Source: Paraglomus brasilianum
Lineage: Eukaryota
Direction: 5' to 3'
Assembly: GCA_910592345.1 (NCBI GenBank)
Contig: CAJVPI010000026.1
Coordinates: 1 to 64,000, forward strand
DNA length: 64,000 nt
Positions 54,119-64,000 of the stretch are shown piece by piece. Positions within the stretch are counted from its first letter, which is position 1. Each line of letters begins with the position of its first letter. Position numbers and translations under genes: made by a program. Under the pieces are notes generated by a model that made no database searches, was not told the DNA's origin, and saw only the letters and a program-made list of their open reading frames with translations.

Positions 54119-54431
54119 TAGAAAGTTTATAATATCGATACCAACTTTTATCTGTAATAAAATTATCCACACAATCCAAGTCTATATAACAATTCGACTC
54201 ATTAAGTTGCCGATAGTTATAATCCTCGGCAATACTCTAACCGTTCAAATTTCGATTAATGATGACAAAGCATACGTGCGTCCTGATGCGTGCCAATTAA
54301 TACTAACAAGAGAGTGCATACTACATCAGAATGAAATTAATAATACAAAGATAGTCTAATATTTGTAAAGTATTAGGCGATAATATAAATAACATGTCCT
54401 ATAATTCTTTTACTACAATCAGTTTCTAGTC

Positions 54432-57400
54432 TTATTCTTCTTCCTCTTCCTCCTCCTCATCTTCCTCATCCTCATCCTCATCCTCATCCCCCTCATCGTC
54501 CGTAACAGTTTGCCCAAGGTCGATTAATCTTGTCCGGTATTTACTAATACTCTCCTCTTGCTCAGCAAGGCAAATAAGTAGATCCTCTTGTTCTTTGTTC
54601 AACTGCGCATGCTTGTTCTCCAACGCAATGTATTTTGACTCCAATATGGCATATTTCTCATCGTTTGATTCAAGCGTTTGTTGTGCAGTTGATGCAGAGC
54701 TATTGTTAACAGAATTCTAATGACAACGAAGACAGCATAAAACAAGCGGACAAATATGTAGTTAGTTCCTTGCACAAACGATTATAATGGTCAAAAGCTA
54801 TATGGTCATACCTTAGATTCAAGCTCCAGCTGTCTGATTTTCTCTTTTAGTTCATTAATCTGGGCTTCCTGTGTTTGGATTACGCCTTTTAGAGTAGTTA
54901 TAGCAGATAAGGAAAACGAGTCGTTATCGTTGCCATTGGTGTCGGTACTATGACGAGGTGATCGTGTTGCTTTCGGATCGACTCGAATGGAGCGTTGAAT
55001 GATCTCTAAAAGAGGATGCATGAATTGTGAGATTGGCATGAGCAGTAGAGAAGGTAAATGAGCCCGTTAAAGCAATTCACTTACCGTAATTCTCCTTAAA
55101 GAATTCTACGAATTGGTAATCAAAGTACAGGTCTGGCAAAACTTTGAGCTCATTAGGTGTGATCTAGATTATGTGAATTGAACGATTCAGTAATTGTAAT
55201 CATTTCTGTACCATCAGTCAATACCGCAAAAGTAAATTTACTTACAAAAAGGTACTGTGATGCATGTTTAAAATGTGGTGCTTCGCGCAGCCGTGTGATA
55301 CGATTAACAAATAAATCGATTCCAATACGGTTGATTAAAATAGGATAAAGTGTTGACCTGTTAAACAAAATAATTTCAACTTGTAATCGTTTATATATAA
55401 TAGAGCGCATACAGACCGTCAACTTAGATCCCTGATATCAGTGTGGCTTTGCTTATTGCTTACCTCGAGACATTAAAGCCCTCCATTTCGTTATTGAACT
55501 CATAACATACTCCCAACAAAAATGCACAAAGACCCTGGACACGTGGATCTACACCAGATGACTGAGTGACTAGAGTAATCAACTAAGCGGACATCACAGT
55601 TAAGGCAAATATTTGGACATGAATAAATATACTTCTACCACGAATTACGTGTTCAATCGTTTCAACAAATTTTCCCGATCCACGTCAAAAATGTTGACAT
55701 ATGGCTCAGGCAAATTCGTCGATTCAATTACCCTTTATCCGATGCTAAAAAGGATACCATCTGAAAATGTGATTCCTCAGCCAGGAAATCACCAACACTC
55801 TTCGGGCTATCCCATAGCCATACGCATAACAAACACAAATATCCAATCAGGACTCTCACATCAGCATTATTCTTGTTAGCCATATTCAAATTCTTTACAA
55901 TAAGTTGCAACAATGGTGCCCCCTCGTCGGTTGAATCGGCATCGGCAGTGTAAATACCACGCACTATGCCTTTTGATCGTTCATTGTCCAAGAGAATGTG
56001 TGAGAATATCACCGAGGCAAACCAAACAACGTATGGATCTGCAGCAGAATCCTCCCATTCAAGAAGGGCAGCTAGAAGCAGCGTTCCGGCTGATTGCGCT
56101 CCTGCTATTAATAATTAGAAGAAGGTCAGCATATGGGAAATTAAACTTGAGTTAGCACATGTAAGCTTAGACTTGCGTATAACCTGTTATTGGATCAGAG
56201 TTATTTGCATCGTCAGATTGAGGTGCTATAGAAGATGCAAGCAACACTTGCGCTTCCACATTTCTCATTATATATGCCTACAAAAATAATAACGGCATCA
56301 CAACTAAATTATCAAAGGTCACTAATGTGAACCCACCCCCAATCGAATCTAACCTCGAACGCATACGTCGCAGCGGCTCTAGTCCCATAACTCTCGGGTT
56401 CGGCTCCGACGGCAACAGCGATCAGGCCCATTATAGCTGAGCGAGGAGGCATTGCTTGCGCTAGTTCTTGGAACGATAAATGTGCGCTGCTTTGTGATGT
56501 CGTTCGAGAATGTGAAGTTGATGATTCATTTGATCTGTAAGTCGGAAGGGGTACGGCTACACGCGCTCTCGCCAACACTTCTTGATTTGTTTGATTTGCG
56601 CGTACAAGATCGCCTAAAGCGTAGAATGCCTAAAGAGGTAGTAGAAAAAAGCACGCAGGATAAAAGACAAATGCAAGGTCAAACAATAAATATAATACTC
56701 GGGAAATAGTTAAACAAAGAGAATTGTAAAAGCAATATCACGTACTTGCGTTTTCACTGGCGAGGGGGCGTTGGAGGCCAATGCAAGTTCAATAACAGGT
56801 TTTAACATCCCGCATTGGTTCATTACACGCTGTAAGGAATACAAAAACCTTTAGATTATAACATATGTATATGTACTGTTATGCTGTGCTTCTTGACCGC
56901 ATATGCGTCAGTCACACCCTATAGCTTCTAATCCTGCCCACGCGGTCGTAATATGTGCTTACTTGATTGGTTGTCGTATTGGTGTTATTTTGGGCAACGA
57001 GTATTCTAACGAGCTCCAATAACACGAGAATGTTGTTCGTTCCTTGATCATGCCAATCCGAGAAGTGATAGTTGATAATATTGTCTTCTGATGTAGATGG
57101 ATATCCTAGTAATCCAGATATCCTCTGTATGCAGCTTGTTTCTCTAAAGTAATTCTTTAAATTGTAAAACGTCATGTTAACTAAAAATATGATAGTATTC
57201 AATCATGCATAAATATAGAAACGCCTATCTGATTGATAGTCGAATTACACCCATTTAATTGACTGAATGCAACTATCCTAACCTGATTGGAGACATTATA
57301 CCGCAGCAAGTTCAGCGTCAGTTGTAAGCAATCCTGAACTATGATTCCTCCATTCAAACCACCTTCCGCAGTAATAATCTCCAACAATCTATCAAATGCA

Positions 57401-58410
57401 TTTTCGAACGCGACAATCTTTTGAATATCAGCGTTGGTCTCTGTCAATGAGATCAAAAGTAATAGACCCTCTATACCCGCAACAAAGCGTATGAATGTTA
57501 ATTGTTTGTTTACTATTCAGCAACAATGCAGTGAAAACAAGAGTTATTGTCACACTAACCGTTTCGTATAACCTCTTGTTGGTCATCGAATAAATCCATT
57601 AGTTTAGATATTCCCATAGGTGCCGTCAATATACAATCCTGTACTCTATCTGGCCTTGTTGTCAGTAGAGTAGCGAGCAATTGAATATCGTGAAACCTAA
57701 CATAAAAGTCGACTTCTTGGAGCAGATCAAGGAATAAATGTATATGCGATTCATCCTATCAATAAAAGAACGAATCCCCGAGTCAGTAAATTACAAAGGT
57801 AGATTTATAATAAAGATAAAAGTTGTAATAATGATAGTTTAATACAGTTACGACTACGCCAAGACCAATTCTGACATATACTTACTTGTAAAACTTCATC
57901 AGTGAATCGTAGTCCAAGATCTCTTCCTACTTCCTATAGATCAATTATGATTCGTTCTCTTTATTTATTGAGATAACAATAAATGGACATATTCCTAGCA
58001 AATTGCATTCCAATCTGTCCAACTAACCTGCGCTCTATCTGGTGTACATAATATATTCAGGATCTCGAGAATAGCCTTTGCTGTATCGATGTCTGCTCTG
58101 TCCTCATTCAATATATTCAACAGCACGCCCAATCCTTTATCGCCCACTTCCTTGAAATATGAGAAAGCATCTCTATTCAGTATATATTGTAAACGCGCAA
58201 TTTGAAATTAACATCAAGAATAAGTCAGACATTCTTTACCAGCTTGTACTCCCTGGACAACCCTTTGAGTCCCAGAATAGCAGCCCTTCTGTCTTCAAGA
58301 AGAGTAGAATTCGCCGCTCTATCACATAGCTTAATCACAGTATCTTCTGCCGTCTGTGGTTGACCTTTTTCTCCTAGTAAGCCCTTATATCCTCTTGTTA
58401 GAAAGTCCAT
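54432..58410 (-). CDS. USO1: Uso1/p115 vesicle tethering factor (multi-exon)
   Basis: QTAEDTVIKLCDR...TLLEDRRAAILGLKGLS; DIQKIVAFENAFDRL...GGIIVQDCLQL...NLLRYNVSNQ; C-terminal KEQEDLLICLAEQ...KYRTRL plus acidic tail. Confidence 0.93.
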
Positions 58411-59088
58411 TGTCAAATAATTGACAGTATACGAAGACTGACAACACAAATCCCAAATTCTTCACGTGATTGAATGACCAGTGTGGCTAAAAAATTAATA
58501 GTTGTGGCTCGTGCACTTGTGACCAGTCTTCTCAAAGCGTTCAATCGTAGTAGGTGCTACTAATAATAATAAAGGAACGCAAAACTCCAGTCTTCTCAAC
58601 TTCCGAATAACCATCCTGCAACAACTATAACAAGAAAATGTTTGCAGAATCTTGTTTTCTATTCGTATCCGTTAACCATATTAATATGATTCGACATTTG
58701 ATCACCTCTTATTACGATTGCACAACCATATATTTGCTTGTTAAAACAGTCTTAAAATTTTGCTTTATTATTATCAGCTTGATTTTTTTTTTACTTTTAA
58801 ACAATTTGGTTGTAAAGATTGATAAAATAATAAGAATAAAAATATTATTACTCACATCTGTTCTGTCCAGAACAGATTTTTTTTTTACCCCATACCTCAA
58901 AATTAAGCCACCAATATTCCAACTACATAAAACCCAAGAGGAATTAAAGAAAACAATATACAAAAATTTACATATAATTATCACAGACTATATCTATCCA
59001 TTCGACAAACCAACCAAACCGACCAAACCGACCATAATCAACCAGTAAGAATTAGATAAAGATATGTATATATATAAATAAAACTCAT

Positions 59089-61712
59089 CTACAATGCATG
59101 AGTAATACTCTCACGCGAATCATTAAAACTAGAAAATCTTATCGTCGGTGAATCTAATCCCTTTTGCACCTCGTATCCACCGCTCTCTGTCCTCACTTGC
59201 TTCTTCCCACTAGTCGCTGACATTCTCCTCGACCTAAACGCCACCATTTCAACATCATCCACTTTGGAAGTTCGTCGAGGCACTAGAGGCGAATGGTTTG
59301 AAGGAATCGATCGCTGATACGAATGTTGTTGATTAGGAGATGTGGGAGACGTGACCGTTCTAGGAGAATACGGTGTAGCCGATCGTGGAGATCGTGGAGA
59401 TCCTGGCGATCTGGCGGAAGCCTCGTATACCGAGCTTTGCGTGTCTGCATATGCTTTCGGCACACTCGGCCTGTTAGAATCCCATTTTGTCCATCTTTTA
59501 GATGCTCCGTGTTTATAATCCATTGTAAAATTTGTAGGCGATGTCGGCATCATGTCGCTTGTTGGTGATAACGGAGTAGTCGGTGATTGTAACACGGGCG
59601 ACGAATTCAGTAGAAACAGACTGGGTGAACTCCCACTTCGCATCAAACTCGCCCTTCTCGCTCGCTTTCCCATGCCGTCATGAAAATCTCCCGTTACTGC
59701 ATCGCTCTCCGCTCGTCTGTGGTTGACGGGCATTCCGGCTCCACTTCCGACGTAAGTTATGTGAGGAGACGGGTATTGTTGTTGTTGTTGTTGCGTCAGG
59801 AGAGTAGAGGATCGAAGAGAGTTTGAATAAGAAGTCCATTTGAGATCGCTTTCTGACAGAGATGGGGTTAATTTACGGGTGGGCGACAAAGGATAGGCCT
59901 CCTGCTGCGGTTGTTCTTGCGTTAGTGGCTGCCTTTTGTGGACATCTCTAATAACGTATGCATGAGGTTCTCCACTCTCTGCCTCGTCCACATTCATCTG
60001 GTTCATCCTCCCAACATTATCAGAACTGTTATTTCTCGATGTTGGTAGCGACGGATATTTCAACCCTTCCAACATTTTGACAGATGGTCCTTGTCTCACA
60101 GGTGTCGGTGAATATAGTGATAATCGTGGTGACGTAGCAGACTTTGGTGAGAGAGTTGGGGTTGGAGAGAACGGTGGCGGTGTTGGTATCAAAGTTGATT
60201 GTGACTGGGATGGCGTATCGTCGACTGAATAAGATCGTGGTGGACGTGAGAGAAGCGGAGGTGGAGGAAAGATACCGCTATTGTCTTCCGACATTTCAAT
60301 AACGTAACTCGATTGTTGGGATGATTCTGGAGTATTTGGTAGTTTGTCGTATGTATGTGTACGGGTTTGTGGTTTTGCGGATGCTTGTGTGTGTATTTCG
60401 TTTGCGGCTGATCTGTTGGACAGGGTGCTTTTTATAGTAGCTGAATCGCTAGCTGAACTTCCCGACGGATAAAATATTAAAATTAACGTCAAGAATACTA
60501 TCCACATGGCAATGCTGACATGAGTCATTAACAGATCCGCCGCGAATTTTCTCTTGTTTAGCCACTGGGTCGTTGTCAATCCATCAACACACAATAGCAC
60601 TAATGAGACTGATCCAATTACCAATCCCATTGACAAATACAAGTTCATGTCTCTGAAATATTCCAACTTTGCCACTACGTTCGGTCGAGTTGTTTGTCCT
60701 GTTTTACGGAGAAGCGTAGCAAATCGCTTATTCGAGCGGACCCCTAAGAGAGCTATTATAAACATGAATACACCATAAGCTAGCTGAGGGGCGATATCGG
60801 AATTCAATTCATTATGACGAAAGGTGAATTTTAGTGTTGGAAAGACAGCCGCGCTGAATACAGAGAATATGATATAGGATTTGAATTCTGCATGGGAAAA
60901 TGGCAATGTGAGTTGTTTGAAGATAATAAATATAGCATTGAACCGAGTTGTTAAACGAATGACTCACCGAAGCTCCCCATGAAAGACGCTTTTGCTACAT
61001 TGTTCGCAAGGTAATTCCAAAATGATTGTAAAAGGAATAAAAGTCCACTGTACAAGAATCAACGAGAACGTCAACATAAAAACAATTAGATAATGTCACT
61101 TTCTTCAAATAATTTCCAGTCAAATAAACCGTTTAATACTCACACTTGGACACTGAAACTCATACAAAGCACGTAGTCTGAAGGTACTGACAGGTTTTTG
61201 TGAGCTGGTGTCCAGAGAACGTACGGCTTTGTTATTACTTGTCCGTTAGGAAAGGTTATGAAGCCCTCTTGGTATTTTATGAGTGTTCCGATTATATCGG
61301 AGAAAACTTGCAGTGGGGCCATTATTAACAGAAGAATGGTTATGGCGGTTTTCTAACATCATGATTAAAGCGAGATACGTTAGGAATGGGGGGTAGTGCA
61401 TACTTGTAAAATTATTGCATCAGGTGACATCAAAAAAATCAGCGGGCACTGATTTTTAATATACACACACTCACCAGTTCATACTTCTTTATACGATGCC
61501 AACGTAATGCTTGGAAGCGGTCGACTCTCCAGGCATGTTGAAGAAACCAAAAATAGGTCCATACTATCAAGACTGCCCGCGCTGTTAGAATGGAAGGGAA
61601 GGGTGTTGTTAGAACTATAACTATACATTTATGCTTAGTCAATTCATCTTGGCTGAGACTGTCGCCCACAATACTTACTCAAAAAGGTTACATCGCTAGG
61701 GGAGTGAGGCAT
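59089..61712 (-). CDS. Orphan multi-pass membrane protein with long Ser/Pro-rich cytoplasmic tail (multi-exon)
   Basis: ATG ~61712; spliced hydrophobic helices (…LFLLQSFWNYL…SFMGS…EFKSYIIFS…), then ~450 aa S/P-rich region in the 605-aa ORF. Confidence 0.75.
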
Positions 61713-61924
61713 TTTGTTGTGGTGGGTTTATTAAAAAACGGTGGAAGATAAACTGGAATGGGGGGTGTTAAATAATCGTTGGAGTGATCGTTGTCTTCTT
61801 GGCACTCTTGTTGACGTTCACCAGAGTGTTGCAGTATATTTATCGTATTAGAATGAATGTCGGTAGCGAAGAATGTGCGGTAATGATAAAGGTTAATCTT
61901 AAGTGTATTTGAATATTTACAAAC

Positions 61925-62001
61925 GTTGATAGTGTATTGTTGATAGTGTATAGTAATAGTTGATAGTGGATAGTTGATAGTGTATAGTTGATAGTGGATA
62001 G
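61925..62001 (+). repeat. Short tandem repeat of GTTGATAGTG-type units
   Basis: Direct reading. Confidence 0.8.
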
Positions 62002-64000
62002 AATAAATTACAACACAGCGACAAGCGCAATGTTTTTTCTAATGTATGGTTTGGTGAGCATTCTAAGCCCAGCCGGGGGAAATGAGAGAGGAGGCGGGAG
62101 AGGGAGGATGAGGATGGCGAAAATAACTGCTTGGGAGATGTCTTCATTGCTATATTTATAAAGGCTGGCAGATGAACCGTATCAAATAATAAATTAAATA
62201 CTGATATTGTATTCTACAAATGTACAATAAATATGCGCTTTGAGAAACTGAGATGATCATTTAGGTAATAATGCAATATGGCTATTATTCATCAAGCCTT
62301 AAGCCATAATGTCCGTATTGTAATGTATTTACTTTCGTTGTTATTGTTACACATTCGTAATCCAATCATTTTGCAAAGCAAAAAAATGGAAAAGAAATAT
62401 ACCGTAGACTAAGGCTTTTACTTTACTTTGTCTATATATCTATATATATACCTTGTGTCACGTATACCGTAATACCGCACTATCAACATAACAATGACAA
62501 TGGATAACTACATGTGGAGAACTCTTGCCGCAGCCCATATTAGGTTAGTGTATCCCAAGATGGATATCAAAGGGTTGTTATGTATCACCACCGACAAGTG
62601 CGGCCGACGATAAGAAACAGTAGGGGAAGAAAGTCTGTTGGCGGAATGGGGAGGCATAGGGGAGCAAAGAAAGGAAGAGCGAAGAGTGTCAAATATGTCC
62701 TTCGTTACTCTCGACCAGATTTTGTTTTACCCAAAAGGATGACACCATTGAAGACAATAGACTTCCTGTTGTTATTTGCACATAAATAGAGCGCTGTAAC
62801 GTAACAACTTCACAGTGCTACTTACCAATATAGTAAATACATAGGAATGACGCATACGATTATAAATAAATGCAGAAATTCTGTCCTAAGAGATGTTACC
62901 CGTGTGCCACTACTGACATCTTTGCTGTTACAGTGCTGAGTCAACCTTGGCATTAGTATTAGGTGACGATGAAACAAATTCGGCCATTCTAAATAAATAA
63001 TCGTCATGGTGACACCAATCACACAATATCATAATCCTCACATTCAGTTACTGTTGATTAAAATTTAACATCAAGACAATAAACAATGGCCGCAGTCTTC
63101 TTGTTCAGATACCCTGGAAAACGTGGACAATATCGGTTTATTAGCTGATTATAGTTCCCTGTATAATAAACAATCGTAAGTCTCGGATAGAGATTATTTG
63201 CACAACTCAATTGTCATTTCTTATATTGTATTAGGCAACTTTAAGCAACGTTTGGTGGTTTGGGTAATGACAATAGACGGAATAAGCAATTGATACAAAT
63301 GGCAATGACCAAATTTAACGGGTCTTACTTCCTACTACTACTACTCCTCCTACTACTCCTGACCCACTACCCTGAATCGTCATACGCAGGGAACTTACGC
63401 ACGCATATCTCGGATTTCACCCGTTGCCCTGGAGCCTTGTTCAACACCCCCAACAACATATCTTTGCAGATGATGACGATGAAGCCATCTGCCGTAATAT
63501 CGTACGGCCCGATCATGTACATTATTAAGCGTATCACATATTTCGTATACCCCCAAGCAAGTAATTATTGTACAACATTTTGCAAACTCGTTCGCGCTTC
63601 ACTACACTGCTGTTTTAATCCGTTATCTTTTCCTTGTTCCAGTATTTGGAGTACACGTTTCGATGCACTACAATCAGAAACCAGCAATCTCACTCAGAAA
63701 ACACATCGCCATTCTCCGGACTTTGCCGTCAACAAATTCCTTATAAAATCAACAAACCAATAATAATAGACGCAAAGCCCCGTCTCATTTAATAGATAAG
63801 TAGACACGACAATCGTTATGTTACTTGTTCATAACAATATTATTATAATTAACTATCATAGCCATCGGTATTACTATTAAGACTTTTTGTATCCCAAACG
63901 CTCTTATCAATTAAGTGCAGCAGCTACGTACATAGCATGCACCGCTGTTTTAATACTCGCTCGATTCTTTGGGGAAGATAAGAAAACTTTAACAAGAATG

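Noticed and set aside
63260..63763. 167-aa ORF with poly-Leu
   Set aside because: Non-ATG start, Leu run comes from a CTA/CTC microsatellite, no recognisable domain; could be part of a spliced gene but is unsupported

Overview
Eukaryotic nuclear DNA with many short GT-AG introns. Gene content and intron style suggest an early-diverging fungus, probably Mucoromycota (inference). Recognisable genes: a twin-finger GATA factor, a peroxisomal ABCD half-transporter, a T5orf172/MUG113-type protein, a CP2/Grainyhead factor, a Myb+U-box protein, CTF4/WDHD1, USO1/p115, an F-box/LRR gene and three orphan multi-TM genes. The left end (1-6.3 kb) holds repeats, a decayed nuclease-fold gene and an intronless AT-rich cargo/retroelement-like block. 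The main discovery is non-coding, at about 13.0-17.8 kb. An intact-looking group IC1 ribozyme core (about 15710-16540+) lies outside any rDNA array, inside a heavily diverged, expanded relic of nuclear 28S rRNA. The relic has lost its peptidyl-transferase motifs, yet the segment around the intron forms long helices that clamp the intron. This could be a domesticated, rRNA-derived ribozyme-bearing ncRNA. A second notable item is an apparent single-nucleotide exon in the ABCD gene. All alignments were made by eye against remembered reference sequences and need computational confirmation.
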